A DNA stretch of 64,000 bases. It comes from Octopus sinensis. Its lineage: Eukaryota. Under the pieces are notes generated by a model. The model was not told the origin of the DNA. It worked only from the letters and a program-made list of their open reading frames with translations, and searched no databases. The translations under genes and the position numbers were made by a program. Shown here piece after piece: positions 34,061 through 47,844 of this stretch. The first letter of the stretch is position 1, and each line of letters begins with the position of its first letter. The stretch spans positions 38,130,001 through 38,194,000 of the forward strand of contig NC_043003.1 in NCBI RefSeq assembly GCF_006345805.1, in the 5' to 3' direction.

Positions 34061-35229
34061 ACTCTTACCTATGATTACGAATCTCGGCAGCGACCGAAAA
34101 GTGTATGATCGCAATACAACCCTTATCGTGCGTGTCTATTATCAAAAGCTTAAAGCTGTTACCGTCCTGTCCTTTTGTGTAAGGGACGACATTCTCCAAT
34201 GCACCCGTCTATATTTACGACAATGGGAAGTGATTTGAGAAAAATTTGACTGATATTCTAACAGGTTGAGCAATCGTGTAGAGCCGCCTATGTACTTGAT
34301 GTTGATACTGTTACTAGAGCAAAAAAGGTATCGAGTTTGAGGTAGAAGTGGGTCGTTGAAATTCGGAGGAAAAAATGTCCGACTAAATTACATAAACAAA
34401 ACAACTATACATACAAAAATATACTGTTGATGTTTTTGAAATTCCAATGAAAAAACCTTGGATCTAAGTTAAAAACCAGTTCTTTATTGGCAAGAAATCT
34501 TCAAATAAAACTGAATAACGACATATATACATATTTATATATAGTGGATCTTGCAGACATGAAGTGGATTCGATCCACCATAGCCAAATCTCAAGTAACA
34601 GCTCAAAAAACTTTTCTCACGGTGGAACAATAGTTTTTCTGTGACAGCAGTTTTACATTTGCCAAATTGCCTTAGTTTGGCCGAAATAATGTCTTCACCA
34701 CTTGACCTTTCTAACCTCTTCTACTTCACCAAAAGCTAGAATTAAGATAACAAGTACCACCAACGAAATTCATTGTTTTCAACGATATGTCTATTCTTCT
34801 GGATAGTTATAAAAACAAGAACTCCCAAGCAAAAATCAGTTAGTCACTTGGTGACAACTCAGTTAGTCAGTTAGTGACAACTCGAGTTGGTGAGTTAGTG
34901 AGAACGGAGTCTGGCTGACCGGCTCAACAAAACGCCGTTTCTAAAGATAAGGGCACAAAAATGTCAACTATGGTAACTCACCATAGCAGTTGTTTCGTCC
35001 CACACTCTCTCACTCTCAATAGCTCACTGTATTTTCTCTTACAGCATGATTCTAATTCTATCTGTAATTACTACTACACAATAACTAGAACAAACACAAC
35101 GAAAATCAACGACATATAACTTTACTTCGCAGGCTCTAGGATTTTATCACCTGTCCGTCGAGGCAAGGTATATTCAATATAACGGTAAATAAATATTTTC
35201 TTCATAACTTCAATCACTGTTCTTTCATC

Positions 35230-36957
35230 TTTACATAATGGCAATCAACAAAGAACCAATCCTTATCATCGTTAAGAAATTCAAATCCAGAATTTTCAAC
35301 ATCGAAGAAACATATTTCAGTTCGTAACGAGATAAATCGAGAGAGCACTTTTCCTTTCGAGAGTCACCGCACTTCTGTATGAAGTAGTAAGCACTTAAAA
35401 TCAGAATCCATAGTTTTACATAGGGATGCAAAATGTCTGCACCGTAGGGAATGCGATTTTATGTAATTCATCATTTTAACAACATTGTCCATCGTCTTCA
35501 GGAGATCATTAGGTAGAGGTTTTGACAACAAAACTTCGCGGTGAATCATGTAATCTACAACTTAATTTGTTTCTAATACATGAGCCATGAAACCCTTTCT
35601 TCGACCCTGCATGGATGGAGCGCCATCAGTGCAAACGCTAATATAAGTTTTCCCCTGCATCCCTCTCAATACGACATTTTGGTTTACCAGATTAAAGACA
35701 TCTTCTCCTGTCGTTCTTTCCTTCAATTCACAACAAAAGAAAAACTGACTTATGATTTTAGCACCTCTAATGATTCGTAGAATTGAAATTACTTGAGCTT
35801 TGTTGTTGATGTCTGTACTTTCACCGATTTGCACACAAGTTTTCGAGTTAATTTTTTGCTCCAGTGAAATGTTCGCGGAGCTAATCCCCAATGTCTCGCG
35901 AAATGTCTTGAATTTTACGAGAAATCGTGTGGGCAGATAAAGGAATGGTTTAAATTTGTTTGACAGCTCCATCAATAATCATTGTGCCAATGGCTATCTC
36001 CAAGGCTGGTAAAATAATGTTTTCGACATCAGAATGTGTTTTTTTTTTCTTTGTCAAAAGCTGGGCAATCTTGTAACTAGCGATTTGAGCTTTCTCGGGA
36101 ATTGAGTGAAATTTCTTCAGCCTTTTTGATTGAATTTTTAAATTATTTTTTAGCATCTCTAAGTATTCATTTGGTTTGTCCTTATGTTGCGGATGATTTG
36201 TTATTAAATGACGTTGAAGTTTACTGGGAACCATCGCTTCATTTGAGAGTGCTGTTAAACAAATCATACAAAAAGGAACCGAGTTGTCTTTTTCCGATAA
36301 TATAAAACCATAATTGGATGTAATTTTCTTTATATTTCGTTTTGATGAGGTGGACTTTTTATTCTGGTATTCGTCTTGTTTGCTATGACTCTCTTTCTCA
36401 TTTTTCTGAGGTCACAATAAAGATTTGTCCATGTTTAAATCTAAAACTAAAAATCAATTAAAATTAACATAAAATAATTTATGTAAATTATAAATAAATC
36501 AAAAAATTAAAACTACTAGGATTACTAAACAATTTACTTAGAGACAAACCCGGTTTAAATGCAGAAATGTAATATATTCTTTTCTACTCTAGGCACAAAG
36601 CCCGAAATTTTTTGGGGAGGGGGCCAGTCGATTAGATCGACCTCAGTACGCAACTGGTACTTAATTTATCGACCCCGAAAGGATGAAAGGCAAGGTCTAC
36701 TTCGGAGACACCATGAACTTACACTTGCATGGCTTAAGCTTTGAGACAAGCATATGACTACTGGCAGGATCAACCAGGTATATATTGTAGTAAAACTGCT
36801 GTTCGTCGTGTAACGTAATTAATTTATATTTATGCTCGAACTTTGCGAATTTCTTGAATCGTTGTTTCCCGAAAATCTCGCGAATATTTTTTCGCGGCAC
36901 CCTAGGTATCTCTTGCGGCATACCACTGTGCTGCGGCACACAGTTTGGCAGACACTG
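35230..36957 (-). mobile_element. hAT (Buster/Charlie, ZBED5/SCAND3-like) transposon relic
   Basis: CLTALSNEAMVPSKLQRHL..HP; ASYKIAQLL; ESTDI; VCTDGAPSMQG; CMIHRE-like motif; 5' TIR cagtgtctgccaaactgtgtgccgc with NNNTANNN-type flank gtgtagat (36958-36965). Confidence 0.88.
36579..36780 (-). mobile_element. Chimeric SINE: 18S rRNA 5' end (~66 nt) fused to a SINE body and tail
   Basis: Minus: TACCTGGTTGATCCTGCCAGTAGTCATATGCTTGTCTCAAAGCTTAAGCCATGCAAGTGTAAGTTC, then ccttgcctttcatcctttcggggtcgataaattaagtaccagtt...gtgcctagagtagaaaag. Confidence 0.9.
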
Positions 36958-37415
36958 GTGTAGATAGTGAAGAGCCCTATAGGTTTTGACGAATTAATTT
37001 ATATGTCGACACACAATCAGACAGTCACCGTTCCTTCTCATTTATATAACAACGCTTATAATATCAATGGGAAAAGAATGAGCATCAGAAAATCTCGTTT
37101 GACTTTTCCTATAAATCTGCGCGCTTTCATACTTATGTAAGAAAATATTATTAACGTAGTTGTTATGTGTCAGCCATGTCACGTACTTTGTTATATTACC
37201 TGTTTTCATAGTGTCTTAGTTTACTTCCATAAAGAACACACACACACACACACACACCAGTGTATACATACATGTAGAAACATATAAATACAAATACAAG
37301 TATGAGTGGATGCATGTATGTCTGTGTATATGTGTGTGCATGAATGTATGTATATATGTATACATATATATGCATATTTGATTTAACCAAAAATGCAGAA
37401 ATGACATATATATGC

Positions 37416-37840
<425 letters not shown>

Positions 37841-38084
37841 TCCGAATATATTTATATTATACGTACGTATTTATGATTGTACCTGTTTGTGTGTCTGTGC
37901 GTCAACTGCCTTAAAAAAGTAGGAAGGGTATTCTGAATAATGTACACTACATCTGAATAAAGAAGAGATGGTCATGCTTAGAATGTCTCCGATCACAGGA
38001 CTGTTCAATCAAAATGCTGAAAGATGTATGGATGTGTGTGCGTGTGTATGTGAGTGTGTGTGAGAGAGAGTGCCACTTACACAT

Positions 38085-38420
38085 ACATGAGAACTCTCAC
38101 ACACATCATCATTCATCATTGTTCGACCGTGGTCGAGGCAATGGAATTTACCATGTTGCGCCAGACTTCACGGTCCATCATAGCATTACGGAGGTCCTGT
38201 TGCTGGATGCCTGTATCCCTAGAGATTACATCAGGGTAGGAGAGTGTGCGCCCTCTGGTGTTGCGAGTAGATGGCTTCCAGAGGAGAAGAGTAGAAATTA
38301 CTTCTTTTTCAGCTCTACAACAATGTCCAGCAAACTGGACTCTCCTACCTTTCACAAGAGATGACACAGGTGGTAGTTTCCCATATATTTGCATTTTAGT
38401 TGGATGGCGCGTACATACAA
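38085..38420 (-). mobile_element. RTE-type RT C-terminal fragment
   Basis: LPPVSSLVKGRRVQFAGHCCR...RGRTLSYPDVISRDTG...AMMDREVWR*, (tga)n tail. Confidence 0.8.
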
Positions 38421-39110
38421 AAAAGATGTACACATGTATTGATGTATGTACGTATATATGACAACATACCCCTTCATTCACTCTTTCTCTCTCTTTCTCT
38501 TTTTCTCTCTCCCTCGTCCCCTCTCTCTCTTCCTCTTTTCTCTCTCCCTCTCTTCACACATGTCCATTTCATATATACGTACATACATCTTTCATGTTCT
38601 CTTCTCTTTCATTTTAAAACAAAAGTAAGTGAATAAAAAATGTATCATGTACACAACCCCCGTACCCTGAAGAACATACCCAAGGCATCTCGCCGTTATA
38701 TGGACGGCTAATAGAAAAGCATAGGTTACTGTTGTTATTTTTGAAGATTGGTTCTTTAATCTTTTTATCCCAGCAGCAGAGAAGTATTATAAGGAGAAGG
38801 GGGATTCCTTTTAAGGTTTTACAAAATAATAATTATTTGTTTGTAAGCTCAAAATATTTTTTTGTTAACCGTGTCTTATTGAAAATGCATTCATAAATAA
38901 AGTACAGCAATGGGGAGTGGCTATTAGCGATGTAAACACCACCAAATTGTACGTATTCGTAAATTTGAAATACTTTAGTTTTTCGTTTTGTTATTGTATT
39001 ACAAAATAATATTTGCATTTGTTTGTAAACTTAAAATAGGTTTTTGTTAACCATGTCTTATCGAAAATGTATTCATAAATAAAGTACAGCAATGGCTATT
39101 AGCAGTTTAG

Positions 39111-40719
39111 GCAACTAGGAAAACAAGTCCCCCACCCCCAACGACTTCCGCGATGCAACTATCATCACCATCTACAAGAAGAGAGACCGAGAGGATTGCA
39201 ACAACTATCGGGGCAACTCACTCCTGAGTATTGCAAGTAAGATCTTCGCCCGTATCCTACTCAGTCGTCTTCTCATCCTCGCGGAAGACGTCCTCCCTGA
39301 GTCCCAGTGTGATTTTCGACCCTCTCGAGACACAATCGACATGATCTTTTGTGCCTGTCAACTCCAGGAGAAGTGTCAGAAACAACAACAGTCTGAAATG
39401 TTCATCTGGGATCTAAAGAAAGCCTTTGACAAGGTCCCCCGTCCTGCAATGTAGGCCGTCCTTACCCGGTTTGGATGTCCGGAGGACTTCATTGCCCTGG
39501 TACGCTCCCTTCACGACGGTGGGTAGGATATGCCATCAAAAGGCTCTCACAGACCCGTTTCCCATCAATGGGGGTCTTAAGCAAGGATGCGTCCTGGCAT
39601 CAACCTGTTTCTCTTTGTACATGGCCGCCATGTTCAACGAAATCCCACTAGACTCGCCTTCCATGAACATGCGCTATCACTTGGATGGCGGACTCTTCAG
39701 TCTCGCACGTCTCCGTGCAAAGACGAGGACTTCCGCCATCTCAGTCCCTGAGATGCAGTATGCCGACGATAATGCCACTCCGAGCCGGACCGCAGATGGC
39801 CTACAAAGGACGGCCGAACTTTACAACGCGGCTTACAAACGTTTCGTGATGCAGGTAAACACATTAAAGACCAAGACACTGATCTAACCTGCACCAGGCC
39901 AGAACAGTTCACCCATAAACATTAGCATCAACGGCCAACCCCTAGAAATACCCTTTCGAAGACCCCCACGTATGAAAAAGACGTGGAGAACCGGATTGGG
40001 GCGGCCCACTCCACCTTCGGCCCACTCCACCTTCGGCCAACTCAGCCCACGTGTATTCTTCAATCGCGCGCTGACCATCCGGACAAAGATCATGGTCTTC
40101 CGTACCATTGTCCTGTCAACCCTACGCTTGTGAGACTTGGATGTTGTATCGCAGTGACTTCAAGTGCCTTCAACATACAATGAGACGATCACGTTACCAA
40201 CAACGAGGTTCTTCGCCGCGCCTCACTACCAAGTGTCGAAGCCACCATTCTTCGCCATCGTCTCCGCTGGGCAGGTCACATCTAGCGTATGGAGCCCTCT
40301 CGTCTCCCAAGGATCATGCTCTACGGAGAACTTTCAATCGGTACAAGACCCAGAGGAGGTCCGAAATTCCGTTTTAAACACCAGCTCAAATGGACCTTGG
40401 CTCAAGCTAACATCCAGCCATCCTCATGGAAATAGATTGCCCTGGATAGGACAGCCTGGAGGACTGCTATCCGCAATGGAGCCAGCTCCTTCGAGTAGAA
40501 CAGACAATAGAATGCGGAGGCAAAAGGCAGGAGAAGAAAGGAGCATCTTCAACATCCTCGACCTGCACCGACCATCCTGTACGATTTCTGCCCACGACTC
40601 TTTCTCCACCGACTTGGACTCCAAAGTCACTCTCAGCACGCACATCAGCCGTGGGGACTGGACGGAAACTGACGAACACAATGCTCAGATACGAGCTAGA
40701 GTCGACTACAGCACTGAGG
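39111..40719 (+). mobile_element. 5'-truncated RTE (BovB-like) LINE with a 20-bp target-site duplication
   Basis: NYRGNSLLSIASKIFARILL, DLKKAFDKV, GLKQGCVLA, QYADD motifs; TSD aatggct(a/g)ttagcagtttag at 39091-39110 and 40720-40739. Confidence 0.9.
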
Positions 40720-40834
40720 AATGGCTGTTAGCAGTTTAGACTAGGCTAGGTCAGGCCTAGACTAGCCTATAGACGAACAATACGACTTAAGTCATGTCTC
40801 CTGGAACCAGTTAACGACTTAGGGTGAGGTATAC

Positions 40835-40873
<39 letters not shown>

Positions 40874-41088
40874 CACACACATACAAATATGTATGTGTAC
40901 TTTTGAGTGTGTGCGCGCACACATATGTATATATATGTTCCTACACACAGTTTGTGTACCCACATATATACATATATATATGTACATATATACATGTGTG
41001 TGGGTATATATACACGCTCTCCTTCCCTCACTTATTCAGTCACTCACTAGCAACTAGCCAACCAGTCACACACACACACACACACACA

Positions 41089-41127
<39 letters not shown>

Positions 41128-41363
41128 TAAACCGTTAGCTAAGAGCCCATAATTTATCTTCAAAACCATAATTATGTTAATGTTTGTTAAATGCGCTTTA
41201 CGTTTCTCTTTTTTTTTCTTCTTGTTTCTTTAGCAGACGACCCATGACGCATCACACTCAATTCACATGAAATATTCATCCGCCGACATTGACCATATAC
41301 CATGATATGATATAAACCACAGAGAAATTAGAGAAGTTCCGGAATAATTGTACGAAATCTACA

Positions 41364-41673
41364 ATGAACCGTCTGAGAAAAGATTTAAAGGTAGCGAGTA
41401 TATTATCTGCTCCGGAGGAACATCGATGGAGCGCTCAGACATACACTTTGCAAGAACTAGTTTCAAAGTTTACTTTACCACGTGTGGTAATATGCGCTGC
41501 TGAATCTTGCTATCTCAATGAAATGGAATTTGAGTTCGATCTGAAGCAGCCGCTATTGATTTTTAATTTTCGTGAAATACGAAAGCTTCAGACGAAGTGT
41601 TTGGAATATAATGAATCGGAGGAAAGTTATACAGAGAATGGACCTGACGTGATAATTCCAGAGGATTATGACG
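41364..41673 (+). CDS. CABIT-domain protein (Themis/GAREM/Serrano family), coding exon 1
   Basis: WSAQTYTLQELVSKFTLPRVV...QPLLIFNFREIRK...GPDVIIPEDYD|G matches the CABIT N-terminal pattern; donor G|GTAGGA phase 1; acceptor ttctttagcAG at 41236. Confidence 0.88.
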
Positions 41674-42009
41674 GTAGGAATTAATTATTTAACAGTGGTG
41701 AATGGTGGTGGTAGTGGTTGTGGCGGCGATGACAGTTGTGGTTGTAGTTGTGATGGTAGTAGTTGAGGTGGTGGCAGTAGTGGTATTAGTATTAGTAGTA
41801 GTGCTGGTGGTGGTAGTTGTGGTGGTGGTGGTGGTGGTGGTGGTGGTAGTAATAGTAGTAGTAGTTATTGTTGAGTAACCCTGACCATCTCTGTGAGAAC
41901 AAATCTATTGAATGGAGATCAATAACCGAATGTTGAAGGAGCAGCTATACTCGGTATTGTCTGTCATTCTATGTTCAGCCATTCGTGGGTTTAACATTTT
42001 ATTACATAT

Positions 42010-43005
42010 ATTCTTTTCTACTCTTGGTACAAGGCCCGAAATTTTTTTTGGGGGGGACAGTCAATTAGATCAACCCTAGTACCCAACTGGTACTTAAATT
42101 ATCGTTCCCGAAAGGATGAAAGGCAAAGTCGAACTCGGCGGAATTTGAACTCAGAACGCAAAAACAGACGAAATACCGCTGAGCATTTTTGCCTGGCATG
42201 CTTAACGTTTCTGCTAGCTCGCCGCATATATTTTGCTACAGGTTGGATATCAGTGGACATAGTATGCAACTAGTTAGTTCTGAAAAGTGGAGACCATAAT
42301 TGTAGTGTTAGATACAGAAAAGTGAGGAGATATCACGTTGGTAGCCTAGAAGATAAACGTATTGGTTAGTTTTGTAAATCATAGATGATTTTCATTTTGA
42401 TGCAGCCTAAGAATATTGATTTCAAATTTTGGTTCAAGGCCAGTAATTTCAGGGTAGGGGATAAGTCGATTATATCGACTTATTTTATCGACTTCAAAAG
42501 GCAAAGTCAACTCCGGCAGTATTTGAACTCAGAAGGTAAGGAAGCACTCCGTCGGTTACGACGACGAGGGTTCCGGTTGATCCGAATCAACGGAACAGCC
42601 TGCTCGTGAAATTAACGTGTAAGTGGCTGAGCACTCCACAGACACATGTACCCTTAACGTAGTTCTCGGGGATATTCAGCATGACACAGAGAGTGACAAG
42701 GCCGGCCCTTTGAAATACAGGTACAACAGAAACAGGAAGTAAGAGTGAGAGAAAGTTGTGGTGAAAGAGTACAGCAGGGATCACCACCATCCCCTGCCGG
42801 AGCCTCGTGGAGCTTAGGTGTTTTTCGCTCAATAAACACTCACAACGCCCGGTCTGGGAATCGAAACCGCGATCCTATGACCGCGAGTCCGCTGCCCTAA
42901 CCACTGGGCCATTGCGCCTCCACATACTCAGAAGGTAAAGACGGAAGAAATGTCGCTAAGCATTTTCCCCGGCGTGGTAACGATTCTACTAGCTCGCCGC
43001 CTTGC
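42010..43005 (-). mobile_element. SINE cluster including a SINE (42540-42925) nested in another SINE
   Basis: 13-bp TSD ACTCAGAAGGTAA at 42527-42539 and 42926-42938; inner element has a tRNA-like minus-strand head. Confidence 0.88.
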
Positions 43006-44340
43006 AGTCTGAGGATACTAATATCTGTACTAGCAGCACAGTCTTTGCTGTAATTGCAGTAGTAATCCACAGTGGAATATTGATACTATCCTTGAACTTT
43101 GTAGAGAATCAGCAACTGCTCGAGTTTGAGGTATATTTTTTGGCTCTTAAGTGGAAAATCAATGTTTTAGAAGTATTTCAGGTGGTTAGAGTCAGTGGGC
43201 TAGCGTGGGTTTTGGCCACTCTGTGCGGTAATCAATTGGGCCTCCACCTTCCTTAAACGTAACATACCATCAACTACAGCAAACGTATTTATAAAACGTG
43301 GCCTCCTTCTGCGGTTTGCCTCTTATGCTACATAAATTACGTGTTTTACTCTCAGAATAATCATATTTGTTAGCCGGAGACGTTACGAATATTACCGCAC
43401 AGTTTAAGACCCCAGAAAAGCCAAGCCATGTTCACAAGGATCACATATATATAGTCAAACAGAACGAGAGTACGAATGGTTGTGCCTATAGGGTACTGGC
43501 TTTCCAGTGGAATAGCTTGAGATTTGTATCTTGTCATTATTGTTGTGGTTGTGTTACGAAACTACCCACGATCGAGTCTATCCAGCTCTTACTAGGTACC
43601 ACAATATAATTTAGATGACTGCTGCACTTCGCTCTCAGTGACGCTAGCAACGGAAACTAAAGATAATTGCCAGCCTTATGTTTTCTTTTTTATTCGGAAT
43701 AGGATTAAGAATAAGGCCTTTCCGCAGCAATTGTTGCAAATTATTTCAGTAGTTGCAGTATTGAAAGGGTTACACACAATTAAGTTATGTTTGTGAGCAA
43801 TCATGCATCGGCTTCAATTTGAGGTTTTCTACATTCCTAATGTTTTGTGGAATGCAGGAGAAATATGTCAACCTCAACTGCTGCGGTCTCACATTCCTCC
43901 CCGCCTGTAATGTCGGTGGTCTATACTGGATGAGTTTAAGAATAAATGATGGATCTTGCTCGGTTTCGACCGTAAGTGTTTAAGTTATTTGATCTTATTT
44001 GATCGATTGAACCAATTATTGATTGTATTATTGTATAACTGGCTGTGTACTCCACAGATTTTGGGGGCACCGTCTTGAAGGGCTTAGCCAAACGAATTAG
44101 TCGATTCCAGTACTTATTTTTAAAGTTTGGTATCTATTCAATCAATCTTTCTTTGTCGAGTCACCAAGTTACAGGAATGTAAACAAAGCATCATCGGTTG
44201 TCAAGATGTGATGGGGACAAAGACGAGCACAAAGGCATACGGACGCGCGAGCACACACACACACACACACACACATAATCGAGGAGTTGCCATACCAAAT
44301 TAACTAAAAAGCATTATTTAACATGATGTGGGGTGGAGAT

Positions 44341-44392
<52 letters not shown>

Positions 44393-45484
44393 TTCCAGTC
44401 AGTTATGCATGATGACGAATTACATTTGACATGTTTTATCAACAGACCTTCATTAAGCTTATTACTAAGCATTAGAAATAGATATAGTGTCACTTTTAAA
44501 TCCATGTAAACTTGATTCTTTTTGTTGCTTGCTAATCCTGCTGTGATACATTATTGTAAGCAATAGGATGGTCTATTCACGTATAACGAAAGAATTTCAT
44601 ATAAATGACACGGATATTCGTGACGGGGGTTTTGAAAAGGATTTTCATGTTTGAAACAAAAACTCGTGACATGTGTAAAGATAAGTTATTAATTCATCGC
44701 ACTATTTGTAAATATTGCCTGAGACAAGGTGCGATATTTCTGCCCTCCCCCACTCTCTTTTATTTTCTCTGTTACGTAAACACTCATGTGTAGTGATGGT
44801 GGTGGTGGTGGTGTATGCGTGTACATACAAGTATATCTGATGAGTGTCTGTGTGTACGTATGTGTGTGTGTGCATGTGTATGCGTGTGTGTGTGTGTGCA
44901 TGTGTATGCGTGTGTGTGTGTGTATCTTGTTTTTTTTTTTTACTTGTTTCAGTCATTAGACTGTGGCCATGCTGGGGCGACGTCTTGAAGAAATTTTGTC
45001 GAATAAATCGACCCCAGTACTTATTTCTTAGGTACTTGTACTTATTCTATCGGTCTAATTAGTTGAACCGCTAAGTTACGGAAACATAAACACACCAACA
45101 CCGGTTGTCAAGTAGTGGTGGGATAAACACGGACACAAAGACACGCACACGCGCACACGCGCACACGCGTACACGCGCACACGCGCACACGCGCACACAC
45201 ACCCGTACGCGTACGCGCACGCACGCACACACACAAACTTTGGAAGCACCGAATGTGTTGGTGTTTTACAGGTATGAAAGTAAATCTCGAACACTATAGT
45301 TGTGAAAACTACAGAGAAACATTGGGTATTTACCTTAGAAGCCGGAAAAAAGCTGCCAGCAAGTGGCTATGGCGATTCGAACCCCGCACCTCGAAATATA
45401 CAATATTATATATCCATTACGACCGATCTTACCGATCGGTTTCTCACTAGGGGTTCCACGGAGAGTTATATATATATATATATA

Positions 45485-46589
45485 CTAGGTTGTCGAGAAA
45501 GTTCTTGCGGTTTTTAACCTTTGAATTCAGATGCACCATATCTCGGCTCAAACGAAACTTTATTAATCGAAATAAACACCATTAGAATCAACACACTTTT
45601 GCCAATGCGAAACAAGTTTATTTATGCCAGTAGCGTAAAAATCCTGTGTTCTGGTGGCGATGAAGTCGTTGAAAGCATGTTTAGCATCGTCTTGGTTTTT
45701 GAAGCATTTCTCACGCAGGAAGTTGTCGAGGTGCTTGAAAAAGTGGTAGTCGGTAGGCGAGAGGTCTGGTGAGTATGGCGGATGAGGCAGAGTTTCGTAG
45801 CCCAATTCGTTCAACTTCTGCAGGGTCAGTTGTGCGATGTGCGGCCGAGCGTTGTCGTGGAGAAGAATTGGTCCTTTTCTATTGACCAATGCTGGCTGTT
45901 GTTGTCGGAGTTTCTTATGCATTTCATCCATCTGCTGACAGTACTTCTCCGCCTTAATGGTTTCGCTTGAATCCAAAAAAGCTGTGATGGATGAGACCGG
46001 CCGCAGACCACCAAACAGTCACCATGACCTTCTTTTGGTGCAACTTTGGCTTCGGGAAGTGGCGCGGAGCTTTGTTGGCATCCAACCACTGAGCTGAGCG
46101 TCGCCGGTTGTCGCGAAGAATCCATTTTTCGGCGCAAGTCACAATCCAGTCTAGAAACGGGTCGTTCTTGTTGCGTAAAAGAAGGGAAGACGATATTTCA
46201 AAACGGTGTATTTTTTGGTTGTCGTTCAATTCGTGCGGCATCAATTTCTCAAGTATTTCGTCACCGCTACGAAATTTCTTGAACCACCATTGTGCTGCAC
46301 GTTCATTAGTGGTTCCTGGGTCAAACGCATCGTTGATATCCCGAGCTATTTCAGCAGCTTTTCGACCTAGCTTGAGCTGGAATAAGAAAATTGTGCGAAT
46401 TTGCTTTTTGTCCATCTTGTATTCAACGTTCCGGAAAAAATGACCTAATTATTCAAAAAGAAAAAGAGTAACACGATTAAATAGAATGAAAACAGGCATT
46501 AAAATGATATATAAAGTCAAAGTAATTTAACGAAAATTAATTTGAAAATACATCATTTAAATTCCGCAAGAACTTTCTTAACAACCTAA
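45485..46589 (-). mobile_element. Mariner transposon (SETMAR/Hsmar1-like), defective, both TIRs present
   Basis: TIRs (c/t)taggttgt..agaaagttcttgcgg flanked by TA; MPHEL, LLHDNARPH, YSPDLSPTDYHFF motifs; first catalytic D replaced (TCAEKW), frameshift and internal deletion. Confidence 0.93.
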
Positions 46590-46599
46590 TATATATAAT

Positions 46600-46765
46600 C
46601 AATATATACGACAGGTTTGTTTCAGTTTCCATCGACCAAATCCACTCTCAAGGCTTTGGTCAGCCTGGGGCTATAACAGAAGATATTTTTCCAAGGGCCA
46701 CATAGTGGGACCGAACCCCCGAACCATATGGTCGGGAAGCAAATTTCTTACCATACAGCCACACC
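46600..46765 (-). mobile_element. tRNA-derived SINE fragment followed by long (TATG)n tracts (46770-47095)
   Basis: cagtttccatcgaccaaatccactc...accatacagccac motif. Confidence 0.8.
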
Positions 46766-47229
46766 TCATCGTATGTATGTATGTATGTATGTATGTATGT
46801 ATGTATGTATGTATGTATGTATGTATGTATGTATGTATGTATGTATGTATGTCATTATTCAGTGTATTTCAAGATTTCTTGCCAATTGAGAAAGAATCGG
46901 TTTCTAACCTAGATCCAAGGCTCCTTCATTGTAATTTTAACATCAACAACAGGGTATGTATGTATGTATGTATGTATGTATGTATGTATGTATGTATGTA
47001 TGTATGTATGTATGTATGTATGTATTATGTATGTATGTATGTATGTATGTATGTATGTATGTATGTATGTATGTATGTATGTATGTATGTATGTGCAGAT
47101 TTGTATGTTTTATCTATGTATTCTCATGCATGTAGTTGCATGTGTAGACATGCTCATATATATTTAAATGATAAACTTCTGGGAAGTTTTACACATTTTT
47201 ATAGTTCCAGTGATGGATTGAATCTGTAG

Positions 47230-47750
47230 TCTTCGAATTAGCTTTCTCCTTTCTGGTTTTGAGAAATCTTATTTCTCAAGATTGGTATTTTGGTAATGTG
47301 TTACATATCCCAGGGTCCCAATAATTACAATAAAACCTGAACTTGTAATCTGGATAGTGTAACTTCAGATTTCTGAATAGTTCAGCATAGGTGTTCTGTT
47401 TTTCACTGATCTTCAGTTTCATGTTAACATCTGCTGGGCAGTTAATTTCCACAACTGTACACAGTTTCTCTTCACAATCCCAAATCATTATATCAGGTCT
47501 GTTGAGCTTACATTTTATTGAGGTCTTCACTGGGACATTCCATCAGTACTCCATTTTATTATGAGGGGCTATAGCTTCTACCATATTGTGGGTTCTTATC
47601 TCTTTATCCTCGGTATTTTACTTCCGACGGATTTCATTATAGAGTGTCCTACCTATAGCATCATGTCTCATCGGTAGATAATACCGTGATGACATTTTCG
47701 GACAACTGCTTATGATGTGGATGATATCTTCAGTGTGAACCTCACGTACG
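47230..47750 (-). mobile_element. R4/Dong-like non-LTR retrotransposon C-terminus (zinc knuckle plus restriction-like endonuclease)
   Basis: HIISSC...RHD, W..PVKT...NRPDIMIWD...VVEINCPAD (PD-(D/E)xK-type RLE). Confidence 0.8.
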
Positions 47751-47844
47751 AATGCATTTATAGGTCTTAAAGTATGCATTTATAGGTCTTAAAGTATGTA
47801 TTTATAGGTCTTATATTAAACTTAGCAAAGACCAAGGTCCTAGT

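Noticed and set aside
34320-35200. Additional hAT-like fragment
   Set aside because: Only a vague YLRFG motif in broken frames and no TIR identified.
33099-36780. A functional rDNA locus
   Set aside because: Only the first 47-66 nt of 18S are present; no rest of 18S, 5.8S or 28S.
43635-43655. RFX X-box-like GTGACGCTAGCAAC in the CABIT intron
   Set aside because: Imperfect single motif with no conservation data.
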